The notes under the pieces are model-generated. The model searched no databases, was not told the DNA's origin, and saw nothing but the letters and a program-made list of their open reading frames with translations. The position numbers and the translations under genes are program-made. From a virus, in the IMG/VR virus record IMGVR_UViG_3300031758_000036, positions 21,757-85,756 of that record: a stretch of 64,000 nt of DNA; one strand, 5' to 3'. The first letter of the stretch is position 1. Every line of letters begins with the position of its first letter. This document shows, one piece after another, positions 56,405 through 64,000 of the stretch.

Positions 56405-56459
56405 TCTGGCGCTAATACGGAGTATAAAGCCGCTGTTCTACCAATTGAACTACGCTCCC
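56367..56459 (-). tRNA. tRNA with UAU anticodon (Ile) and long variable arm
   Basis: GGGAGCG/CGCTCCT acceptor; GTTC-AATTGGTA-GAAC D arm; GCGGC-TTTATAC-TCCGT; extra arm GCGC-CAGATTA-GCGC; GCCGG-TTCGATC-CCGGC. Confidence 0.85.
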
Positions 56460-56468
56460 GACTCACAC

Positions 56469-56497
56469 AGTATACCGAGCAGCCGTCGTTTTGGCAA
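56469..56497 (-). promoter_or_regulatory. Sigma70-type promoter for the UAU tRNA
   Basis: TTGCCA-N17-TATACT ending 10 nt before the tRNA. Confidence 0.75.
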
Positions 56498-56573
56498 TGT
56501 CCCGGTCTCATCATCTCCTATCGACAGCCCCCGATGGGTTGGCTAATGTCTGCCTAAGGCCCTATGACCTACA

Positions 56574-56948
56574 ATGCCCCGCCAAACCAAGTCCCGCACC
56601 AGTCGCCGCCGCCTGCAAGGGCAACGCATCTTGGATTTCGTGTCAACCCATCGGATTGCCGGTAATGGTATCCTGGGCGTTACCGCTGCCAGGAAGTTTG
56701 CTTCAAAAAACAAAATTTCCTATCCTGCGGTGATTCATGTCCGCCGGAATGGCTACACCATCGATAGTTTCTTTTTGGCAGAAAAAGGAATGTTTGGACT
56801 GACCTATGCCGAATTCAACTGGATGTTATTTCCTTGCCTGAAGGAACTGGTCGAAAAAATTGGCCCAAGTCAGTTGTTTTCTGACCTGGACCTGTATGAC
56901 TGGGCTTCTGAAGAAGAAAGCTATAGGGTTGACTATGCTTTTGTTTAA
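56574..56948 (+). CDS. Hypothetical protein
   Basis: 124-aa ORF. Confidence 0.55.
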   Translation: MPRQTKSRTSRRRLQGQRILDFVSTHRIAGNGILGVTAARKFASKNKISYPAVIHVRRNGYTIDSFFLAEKGMFGLTYAEFNWMLFPCLKELVEKIGPSQLFSDLDLYDWASEEESYRVDYAFV

Positions 56949-57343
56949 GCAACCCTAGTTAGACGGTTACCAAAGTTGAACTTATAGCCCTCGACGGTTT
57001 CATCCTGACAGGGCTCCAAATAAGTTCTAAAGCAACAGATCTTATTGATTGATGTGACATCAACGCCAAATTCCTTGGCAATGTCATTCTGTCTTTCACC
57101 CAAGCGAGCCCTGAGGCGAATGTCATAGATTTGACGATCGCTGAAGAAACCCTGCTTGCGTCCACGTTTGATTGGATCCTTATGCAGGGGAGGCCGGCGC
57201 ATAACACGCCTGACGACGCGACTTGGAGTACTGACGGAAACATTGGCGATCCTGGCTATGGTGTCATAGTCATAGCCCTGGCACCTTAGGTCCCAGATAC
57301 GGTCTTCCTTGGGGATGGAGATCCTTCCTCTTGTTCTGGCCAT
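56945..57343 (-). CDS. Double-HTH DNA-binding protein
   Basis: GYDYDTIARIANVSVST; RQNDIAKEFGVDVTSINKI. Confidence 0.7.
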   Translation of the reverse strand: MARTRGRISIPKEDRIWDLRCQGYDYDTIARIANVSVSTPSRVVRRVMRRPPLHKDPIKRGRKQGFFSDRQIYDIRLRARLGERQNDIAKEFGVDVTSINKICCFRTYLEPCQDETVEGYKFNFGNRLTRVA

Positions 57344-57571
57344 GGTTGGGGGGGGTTGACAGATGTCCCACTACCCCTTTATCTTAGACGAACAACTGCG
57401 GATGTCAACATGAAACTGGAAAAAACCACGGCCTTCGGCCTGCTCCTAGCTCTGGCTGGACTTTTTATTTATTCTGAGGTCGTCAGGAAAGATCATGAGA
57501 TGCACATGAAGGAACACAAATACCAGGAAATGGTTAAATCAACAAAGGGAATTATCTGATAGCCTATTGAA

Positions 57572-57638
57572 GGCATCTTGCCGTATCGAACGGCTTCTCT
57601 TGGCTATGTGCCAAGCGTGTTCCTTACACCAAGATGCA
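57572..57638 (-). ncRNA. Minimal tRNA-like element (loop CACATAG, CAU centred)
   Basis: GCATCTT/AAGATGC; GTGT-AAGGA-ACAC; CTTGG-CACATAG-CCAAG; GCCG-TTCGATA-CGGC. Confidence 0.6.
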
Positions 57639-57670
57639 GTGACCCTCCTGTTTGGGCATCATCCCTGGGA

Positions 57671-57698
57671 ACCATTTTGTTAGCGCCAACAAAATGGT
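57671..57698. repeat. Perfect 11-bp inverted repeat
   Basis: ACCATTTTGTT-AGCGCC-AACAAAATGGT. Confidence 0.85.
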
Positions 57699-57765
57699 CA
57701 CCGTTTGGGGGCTAGGCCTGGAGGGTGTTTTTATGTGTTGCCAATAGCCCCTCTTACTTCCCTGA

Positions 57766-57855
57766 CGGAAAGTGCAGGTATCGAACCTGCAATGGCCGGT
57801 CCCAAGGAACCGCCGGGAATTCCACCCGGAACATCTCCATTATACCGAACTTTTC
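57766..57855 (-). ncRNA. Degenerate tRNA-like element with long extra arm
   Basis: Perfect T arm GCAGG-TTCGATA-CCTGC; CCGGG-TGGAATT-CCCGG; CGGTTC/GGACCG arm; imperfect acceptor and no clear D stem. Confidence 0.45.
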
Positions 57856-58364
57856 AGTTTGGCACGCACCTCTTCCCATTCGATTGGCCTGTAGTCCGTG
57901 TGTTCTACGCATACGCAGAAATACCTAGGGTCAATATCACCTTGTTCATCCTGCACACGACGGAAATGCAAATGCCCATGAATATTTCCCGTGTAACGCG
58001 TCAAATTACAGGGATGTACCGGTATGTGCGTTAGGATATAGCTATCCAGGTAATGGCAACCCCTGATGTCTCTGAAATATTTTGTATAATCACTGAGCTT
58101 AAATATATCATGATTTCCTCTGATCAGAACTTTATTTCCATTCAATTTTTCTAGGCACTTCAGCCCGCGCCTAGGGATAGCTACATCGCCAAGATGATAA
58201 ACCTTATCGTCGGGGCCAACAACGCTATTCCAGTTGTCAATCAATGCTTCATCCATTTCGGATGCATTGTCCCAAGGTCTAAGCTTGGACCCGTCATCAC
58301 GCAGGAATCGACATACACCAGCGTGGCCGAAATGCGTGTCAGCGGTAAGAAAAGTTTTTGTCAC
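57840..58364 (-). CDS. Calcineurin-like metallophosphoesterase
   Basis: ADTHFGH, HLGDV, RGNHD, THIP, IHGHLH. Confidence 0.9.
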   Translation of the reverse strand: MTKTFLTADTHFGHAGVCRFLRDDGSKLRPWDNASEMDEALIDNWNSVVGPDDKVYHLGDVAIPRRGLKCLEKLNGNKVLIRGNHDIFKLSDYTKYFRDIRGCHYLDSYILTHIPVHPCNLTRYTGNIHGHLHFRRVQDEQGDIDPRYFCVCVEHTDYRPIEWEEVRAKLKSSV

Positions 58365-58821
58365 AATGGTTATTGTGGCGCTAATACAGTATAGCTTGAC
58401 AAGGACGGATAACCGTCTAGCATGTCAGGGCCTTCTGGTACGGCCTATGACTGCCCTGGTTACCCCCGTCGAAGTGCTGCCCGCTGAACCCGGTCATGAC
58501 TACCGGGCAACCTATTGCCTTGACGGCCAATATGATCATTTGCAGATAAACGCCGCTAGCCACTATGAAGTGTGGCTAATTGTTAAGCGGTCGTATCCAA
58601 TGGCTTGTGTCGTCGCCATTCTGTTGGTGACCATCTAAGACCGTCTAATGCCTATGCCAATCCGACCATGAACGACCTACTGGAAACGACCACAGCTCTG
58701 ATTGAAACGGGCCACCGTAGCCCACGGGCTACAGCTATCTCCGTCCTTAGAGCATTGTCAGCGACCCTCAGGATTTCTTTAGATTCTGAGGAGTATAATT
58801 TGTCAAATTGCGCTGACTGGA

Positions 58822-59220
58822 TTGATCTTCAACTTGAACAATCGAAACCACCCGATGACCAGCCCTAAGACCATTGCCGCCGCTGAATTCGCCAACGAAT
58901 TGGCTGAAGTACTTGAACTGAAGCTACTCGGTTCCGAAAAGGTTGGAGAACAGCCTTGGAACGAATACGCTTATCAGATTCTTGCTAATTATCACAAAGC
59001 CGTAGATAAGTCGGTCACACCCTATCGGCCTCTTTGGCGTTCGCTGTACGAAGCTTACAGTTCGCTAGATAAGTCGAATCCACCTTACTTTATTTTTTCA
59101 CGCATCATAACAGCATTTTGTGAACGGATTGAATCCGACTTTCCGGTACATGAAATCGATCGCGATATTCTGTTGGGATATTTGCGTGATGAATCAGAAA
59201 AAGCATTGATTTGCGAATGA
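58822..59220 (+). CDS. Hypothetical protein
   Basis: ORF; true start likely the internal MTSPK. Confidence 0.5.
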   Translation: MIFNLNNRNHPMTSPKTIAAAEFANELAEVLELKLLGSEKVGEQPWNEYAYQILANYHKAVDKSVTPYRPLWRSLYEAYSSLDKSNPPYFIFSRIITAFCERIESDFPVHEIDRDILLGYLRDESEKALICE

Positions 59221-59297
59221 CTTTGCCACAATTCCTGATACTTGCGGCGGCTTATGCTGCCGTTATTATCCTTATTGCAAAATCACACCTACCTTGA

Positions 59298-59591
59298 ATG
59301 GGCAGCTACTGGGCTACGTCAAAATCTGAGGTTGAATTTTACTTGGTGCATGCCAGGAGGCCATTAGCTAGGAACAAGTTTTCTAGATTTCGTGGTGTGC
59401 ATAAAAATAGCAACCCGGACAAGCCTTTCAGGGTTGCGATCTGCTTTAACGGTAGGCGCATCCTTGGTGGCACTTACTCTGATGAGATTGAAGCAGCTAA
59501 GGCTTATAACGAGCTTGCTCTGCGTGTGGTTGGACCAAAGGCATTCTTCAATGAAATACCCGAGGAATCCGGTGAATCAAAAATCGCTTGA
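59298..59591 (+). CDS. AP2-domain DNA-binding protein
   Basis: SRFRGV..LGGTYSDEIEAAKAYN..GPKAFFN. Confidence 0.75.
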   Translation: MGSYWATSKSEVEFYLVHARRPLARNKFSRFRGVHKNSNPDKPFRVAICFNGRRILGGTYSDEIEAAKAYNELALRVVGPKAFFNEIPEESGESKIA

Positions 59592-59735
59592 CATGAAAAG
59601 GTCTGCCAGTTTCATGGTTACGCTAGCCAAAGCATTGAAGACTGTCAATAAAGAGTCAGTTACACCCGAGGAACTGATTGCAATGGCCAAAATGATCAAT
59701 CAAAAGGCCCAATTATCCTGAAATCCTGACATCTT

Positions 59736-59933
59736 ATGATGGAACACCAAAGTCCGCCGCTGGAAACACCAGCATGTTGTATGATATGGAAGGAGATTAG
59801 AAGTACCTTTAACTGGCACTCCTTCCAAGACTTTCCTGATTACAAAACAATGCCCTGCATTAGTAGCTGGAGAGTCAACTATTGCCCATCATGTGGCTCT
59901 GAAGTACGTTTAACTGTCTGGAGGCAACCTTGA
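59736..59933 (+). CDS. Small Cys-containing protein
   Basis: CC..NYCPSCG. Confidence 0.55.
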   Translation: MMEHQSPPLETPACCMIWKEIRSTFNWHSFQDFPDYKTMPCISSWRVNYCPSCGSEVRLTVWRQP

Positions 59934-60217
59934 CTAACGAAAGGGAATTTGTTCCACCACCACCAGAATTGATGGAGCGCTGGGCCGAAGAGTCCAAGAG
60001 CAAGCCAACGATACAGTCAGCATTCAATTATGTTGCGTACAAGGCCGCGCAGTGGGGCTTTGATGCCGCTAGGGAGCCAGACCCATCCAGCCTGAAGCAA
60101 CGCGCCCTGAGGGGCCTGGAGCGCATTCAGAGCATCGATGTCGTATCCGTGTGGGTTGGCAGGGATGCGTTTGATGTGATCCGAACGGCCCTGGGCAAGG
60201 TGCCGGATAACGCATAA
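59930..60217 (+). CDS. Modular mini-protein (PPPEL-W / AAQWG / SLKQRAL / IRTAL)
   Basis: Motifs shared with ORFs at 61905 and 62605. Confidence 0.65.
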   Translation: MTNEREFVPPPPELMERWAEESKSKPTIQSAFNYVAYKAAQWGFDAAREPDPSSLKQRALRGLERIQSIDVVSVWVGRDAFDVIRTALGKVPDNA

Positions 60218-60238
60218 GCAACACTGATGAGTCAAGGC

Positions 60239-60267
60239 TTGACGCCCTAGGTGTCTAAGGCTAAGTT
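60239..60267 (+). promoter_or_regulatory. Sigma70-type promoter
   Basis: TTGACG-N17-TAAGTT upstream of ligase. Confidence 0.55.
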
Positions 60268-60303
60268 AGGCATGTCCTTAGACACCTCCACAGGCTTTTA
60301 GCC

Positions 60304-61203
60304 ATGCCCCGGATCGCTAAGCCCATGCTCGCTGGAACCTATGACGCCTCCAAGGCGCGGTTCCCTTATGCAGCAACACCCAAGATCGATGGTATTCGCT
60401 TCGTGATGGTTGATGGCGTTGCCCTGAGCCGCTCGTTCAAGCCCATCCGTAACGCCCATGTGCAAGCCACCTTGCGGCAGTGGCTGCCAGACGGCACCGA
60501 TGGCGAATTAACCTGCGGTGACACGTTCCAGTCGTCATCTTCGGCGATTATGTCCGCCGATGGTGCTCCCGATTTCCACTGCTGGGTGTTTGATTTTGTC
60601 CACCCCAGATCTGAGTATATCCACCCCTATTGTGAGCGGATCAACGATCCGGTGCTGACAAGCCTGGAGGCTGAACATGCCCAGTATCCTGCTTCTTTTG
60701 GTCTGACCATCCTTAGGCCTGAAATGGTCGACGATGAATCAGAACTGCGAGCCATCGAGGAGCAGTATCTGGATGCTGGTTTCGAGGGTGTCATGGTGCG
60801 CGATCCAAACGGAACATACAAGTTTGGCCGGTCGACCGCCAAGGAAAACACCCTGCTGAAAGTTAAGCGATTCTTGGATGATGAAGCTATCCTGATTGAT
60901 GTGCTGGAAAAACAGCACAACATGAATGAGGCCACTCAAGACGCTTTTGGCCGTACCAAGCGCTCTACTTGTCAAGACGGCAAGGTTGGTGCAGATACCG
61001 CTGGTACACTGGTTGTGCGTAACGCAGAGGGGCTAGAGTTTGGAGTTGGAACCGGCCTTGATGATGTACTACGCGCCCAGATTTGGGCTGATGTAGATGC
61101 ATACAAAGGAAGACTGGTACGGTTCAAATATTTTCCAGTTGGCGTCAAAGAAAAGCCCCGCCATCCGGTGTTCCTGGGCTTCCGCCACTCGGAGGATCTG
61201 TGA
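60304..61203 (+). CDS. Minimal ATP-dependent DNA ligase
   Basis: KPMLA, TPKIDGIR, DGEL, VFD, EGVMVR, LLKVK, PRHPVFLGFR. Confidence 0.95.
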   Translation: MPRIAKPMLAGTYDASKARFPYAATPKIDGIRFVMVDGVALSRSFKPIRNAHVQATLRQWLPDGTDGELTCGDTFQSSSSAIMSADGAPDFHCWVFDFVHPRSEYIHPYCERINDPVLTSLEAEHAQYPASFGLTILRPEMVDDESELRAIEEQYLDAGFEGVMVRDPNGTYKFGRSTAKENTLLKVKRFLDDEAILIDVLEKQHNMNEATQDAFGRTKRSTCQDGKVGADTAGTLVVRNAEGLEFGVGTGLDDVLRAQIWADVDAYKGRLVRFKYFPVGVKEKPRHPVFLGFRHSEDL

Positions 61204-61505
61204 TCATGGCTACCAAACAGCAAGAACAGATGATTGAACAAATCATCGATGAATTTGATTTCGACAGGATGCATACGGTTATGGTCGCCCTGGACTGGCA
61301 GTGGCAAACAACTGCCGGCAACGGTCTAGCTATTCCATCCAAGGAAAGACTGATTGCTGCTGCACAGTGTCATCTGCGTAACTGCATCAGGACTGGCTAT
61401 TGTGCATCCGGCGGACTTGTAGCACGTTATCATCCCGGTGATGACAAAGGTGCAGAATGGTTTGAATTGGAATTTGTCGTTTGCGGGGCTGATAACTGTG
61501 ACTGA
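61200..61505 (+). CDS. Hypothetical protein
   Basis: IIDEFDFDRMH..LDWQW..SGGL..LEFV family. Confidence 0.6.
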   Translation: MIMATKQQEQMIEQIIDEFDFDRMHTVMVALDWQWQTTAGNGLAIPSKERLIAAAQCHLRNCIRTGYCASGGLVARYHPGDDKGAEWFELEFVVCGADNCD

Positions 61506-61752
61506 TGTTGAACTGATTAAACAGAAACGCCTTAAGGTTGGTGATGTCTTGCAAGATCGCAAGGATTCTAGGAATGGTTCATCATGGGAGTACAGGATGA
61601 AATTATTGTGGGTTGGCAAAGAGATTGCTGTCTGGAGCCACCAAAATCGCCAAGTAGGCAAAGATTGGTCACAACCCGAAGAAAAGGCACACAAATATCT
61701 GTTAAAATATCACGACTGGCAAAAAGCAACCAAGGAGCAACTCGATGACTGA
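61438..61752 (+). CDS. Hypothetical protein
   Basis: True start probably GTG near 61498 (MTDVEL). Confidence 0.5.
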   Translation: MMTKVQNGLNWNLSFAGLITVTDVELIKQKRLKVGDVLQDRKDSRNGSSWEYRMKLLWVGKEIAVWSHQNRQVGKDWSQPEEKAHKYLLKYHDWQKATKEQLDD

Positions 61753-61912
61753 CCCCATTGCTGACCTTGAGCTGCGCGTGCAGCGGCTTGAGGCCATGCG
61801 CGAAACAGAGAAGACTGCGCTGCTTGATGCCTTTCGGCAGATCGAAGAGCTGAAGTGCCGCCTCGACTTCCACTACATAAAGATCAACCGACTAGAGGAG
61901 ACTAATGACTGA
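61745..61912 (+). CDS. 55-aa coiled-coil mini-protein
   Basis: GGAG RBS; ATGACTGA overlaps at both ends; below ORF-track cutoff. Confidence 0.55.
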   Translation: MTDPIADLELRVQRLEAMRETEKTALLDAFRQIEELKCRLDFHYIKINRLEETND

Positions 61913-62105
61913 CAACCACCCGATCACCCCACCGCCTGAGCTGGTGGAGCAGTGGCGAGCCGCCGCCGGCAACGTTCCGGCTTCGCTATCTACGGATCCC
62001 GGTGGGCGGCGAGATTACATCGACTACATCGCCACCCAGGCCGCAAATTGGGGGTACCAGCAAGCGGTCCAAGAACTAGAAACCTTCCTAAAAAAACATA
62101 AATAA
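61905..62105 (+). CDS. Modular mini-protein (PPPELVEQW..AANWG)
   Basis: Shared motifs with 59930. Confidence 0.65.
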   Translation: MTDNHPITPPPELVEQWRAAAGNVPASLSTDPGGRRDYIDYIATQAANWGYQQAVQELETFLKKHK

Positions 62106-62107
62106 CT

Positions 62108-62608
62108 ATGGCACGCTTAACCTTTGGTCAAAAAATAAAGTTATGGCAAAAGGAGTTTATTCCTGACCCTTCGTCGCCATCTGGTATTAAGTGGAAAACC
62201 TTGGACGCCAGTCGCAAGAAGCCGCGTGTGGCTGGCTATTTAAACGAACGCGGATACTATGTGGTCAAAACGCATGGAAAGGAATACAGGTGCCATCAGA
62301 TTGTTTTAGCCTTAAATGGAGTCATGCCTAATCAAAGGCAGTCTGAAGCAGATCACATTGACCGAAACCCTTCCAATAACTCACTTTCAAACCTTCGCTG
62401 GGTGAGCGGTAGCCAAAACTGCAAAAATAGGAAAACAACGGGCAAGGTGCCATTCAAATACGTAATCTCTCGTGGTGTCAAGTTTATAGCCAGGTACAGG
62501 CATCCTGTTACCCGAGAAAAGATTCAAGTAGGGACCTATGACGATGCGTACGAAGCTCACTGCCAAGCTCTTGCTCACCGCCTTGAAAATCACTGGATCA
62601 AACAATGA
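62108..62608 (+). CDS. HNH homing endonuclease with AP2-like C-terminus
   Basis: ADHIDRNPSNN..NLRWV..NCKN; GTYDDAYEAH; same architecture as 11847. Confidence 0.85.
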   Translation: MARLTFGQKIKLWQKEFIPDPSSPSGIKWKTLDASRKKPRVAGYLNERGYYVVKTHGKEYRCHQIVLALNGVMPNQRQSEADHIDRNPSNNSLSNLRWVSGSQNCKNRKTTGKVPFKYVISRGVKFIARYRHPVTREKIQVGTYDDAYEAHCQALAHRLENHWIKQ

Positions 62609-62862
62609 AAACCGTAACTGAACTTGCTCAACAAATTGCCGACCAGGAGCTGCTGGCTTGTGGCAATTACCTTGAAAAGGTCGCCGCATGGTTCCCAGAA
62701 GATGTGACTGAGTTGTATAACTATCGCCGCCCGAGGCCACTAGGGCTGAAAGAGTTGGCGCTTGCCAGCGTAAAACGACTTGAGGAGAGCGGTGATTTTT
62801 TCTCGGACGAGATGCGTGAGCTTAAGTTTATTCGTAAAGCACTGGAGCAACTCGATGACTGA
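62605..62862 (+). CDS. Modular mini-protein (ADQELLAC..LKELAL..IRKALEQL)
   Basis: Shared motifs with 59930. Confidence 0.65.
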   Translation: MKTVTELAQQIADQELLACGNYLEKVAAWFPEDVTELYNYRRPRPLGLKELALASVKRLEESGDFFSDEMRELKFIRKALEQLDD

Positions 62863-63406
62863 CTTCCGAGCACTGTGCGCTGAGCTTCACGCTGCCTTTA
62901 ACACCTACGCAGTGGATATGAAGCACCATGACTTACTGGAACGTGCCCGCGCACTGCTGGCCGAGCCGGAGGCCGAGGGGCCGACGATCCCCTCCCGCTA
63001 TAGGGGACATGAAATAGCTGTTTACCGTGACGGTTTTCATGCGGGCTACAAGGAAGCATTAGCCATCGCCGCCGAGCCGGAGGCCGTGGGGCCAAGTGCT
63101 GATGAGTTGATTGGCCTTGCCCTTGGGCGTGAGCCGTGGGCAACCTGGCTACGGTCAGGCGGCTGCCTTGAGTCGGCCCATTGTGAGCTGGTTGATCTGA
63201 TGCTGGCCGGCATCGCCTGCGCCGGCCTGGCTGAGCAGCCGGTGGGTCCGTTTGTGGTTCGCCACTACACAAATGACGAGCGGCCTTCAATCAAAGGCAA
63301 CGGCTTTGACGGCCTTGAGATCGGTGAAGACCGCCAAGAAGCCGAAGAGTTCATCGCTTGGATCAACAAACGCATTTGCCAAACCCCCGAGGTAACCAAT
63401 GACTGA
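62855..63406 (+). CDS. Modular mini-protein (MTDFRALCAEL, AEPEAxGP repeats)
   Basis: Internal repeat GCCGAGCCGGAGGCCG twice. Confidence 0.65.
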   Translation: MTDFRALCAELHAAFNTYAVDMKHHDLLERARALLAEPEAEGPTIPSRYRGHEIAVYRDGFHAGYKEALAIAAEPEAVGPSADELIGLALGREPWATWLRSGGCLESAHCELVDLMLAGIACAGLAEQPVGPFVVRHYTNDERPSIKGNGFDGLEIGEDRQEAEEFIAWINKRICQTPEVTND

Positions 63407-63623
63407 CCTTTCCCCCGCCGCGCAGGCTGTGAAGGATGCCTTTGATTCCAAGTGGGCAGGCACTAGGCATCAAGCTCTCATCGCCGCCCTGCGGGCTGCT
63501 GCGGATCGGCTTGGCTACTGCCTTGACGGGAGTGCTTATTACGTCATATCCAAGGACGAACTTCTCGACATTGCCGCCGAGCTGGAAAACACTAGTTCTT
63601 ACTGCCAACCAGACGACCAATGA
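63399..63623 (+). CDS. Modular mini-protein (LSPAAQAV..AALRAAAD..IAAELE)
   Basis: Paralogous to 63775. Confidence 0.65.
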   Translation: MTDLSPAAQAVKDAFDSKWAGTRHQALIAALRAAADRLGYCLDGSAYYVISKDELLDIAAELENTSSYCQPDDQ

Positions 63624-63778
63624 AAATAGAAATTAACCATGCTAACCATTGTTACGAATGGAAACTTTGGGATGGACCTGATGGTATTGATTATTTCGAA
63701 GGTGCCGAGCTAGACTTAGGTCAATGCTTTGAACAGATCATCCTCAATCGCACACTAAACGCCTTAAATTACAAATGA
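63620..63778 (+). CDS. 52-aa hypothetical protein
   Basis: ATGA overlaps at both ends; WKLWDGPDGID. Confidence 0.5.
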   Translation: MKIEINHANHCYEWKLWDGPDGIDYFEGAELDLGQCFEQIILNRTLNALNYK

Positions 63779-63996
63779 CTGACATAAAAACCAAAGCAGA
63801 AGCAGTAAAAGATGCTGTGGGAACTGTTTATAAGGATGATTGGTGTAAGAAAGCAGGTTGGGAGATAGATAAACCTACTGTTATTACTGCTCTTCGTGAA
63901 GTCATCAACCAACTCCAACAATGTTCTGCTACTCATCCTGCCTTTATTTCTTGTCCTGATTTATTAGAATTATGTGAGGAGATTGAAAAGTTGTGA
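63775..63996 (+). CDS. Modular mini-protein
   Basis: AEAVKDA..ALREVINQL..LLELCEEIE, paralogous to 63399. Confidence 0.6.
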   Translation: MTDIKTKAEAVKDAVGTVYKDDWCKKAGWEIDKPTVITALREVINQLQQCSATHPAFISCPDLLELCEEIEKL

Positions 63997-64000
63997 ATAA

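Noticed and set aside
57715-57810. GCCGGTCCCAAG and nearby GGAGGG resemble twister ribozyme core; also considered a tRNA-linked HDV-like ribozyme
   Set aside because: Could not build the required P2 stem, UAA cleavage-site strand or HDV pseudoknots; the minus-strand tRNA-like fold explains the sequence better
57705-58034. Plus-strand ORFs over the structured RNA island
   Set aside because: Antisense to the phosphoesterase and tRNA-like elements; translate tRNA-arm sequence (AGIEPA)
1-64000. Stop-codon reassignment, photosynthesis genes (psbA, hli), integrase or DNA polymerase
   Set aside because: Genes are intact under the standard code with TAA, TGA and TAG all used as stops; no suppressor tRNA and none of these genes recognised in this window, though they may lie outside it

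Overview
A 64-kb segment of a tailed dsDNA phage genome (siphovirus-like). The host is most likely a picocyanobacterium, inferred from RpoD-like and SigF-like sigma factors, a monomeric class II RNR, ThyX and typical small-gene families. Gene order: tape measure (5' truncated) and tail genes, scaffold, major capsid, collagen-like fibres with an embedded glycosyltransferase-methyltransferase, a paralogous virion-protein pair, basic mini-proteins and lysis genes. Next come a minus-strand initiator/DnaB block beside an iteron origin, recombination, sigma and nucleotide-metabolism genes interleaved with TerS, intein-containing TerL and portal, and finally an accessory region with HNH genes, two unusual tRNAs, tRNA-like RNAs, a DNA ligase and a mini-gene array. 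The main unexplained signals are: (1) paired GNGAY-pentaloop hairpins at the start of portal, scaffold and capsid genes, which lie up to 36 kb apart; (2) about 20 copies of a GGHANNMTA promoter-like motif that fit a SigF-like sigma lacking region 4.2; (3) an identical 31-nt leader hairpin on two diverged paralogues; (4) a candidate -1 frameshift extending the Sak3-like recombinase; (5) tandem HNH/antisense-tRNA units with atypical tRNAs. All family assignments come from motif recognition by eye; no database searches were run.
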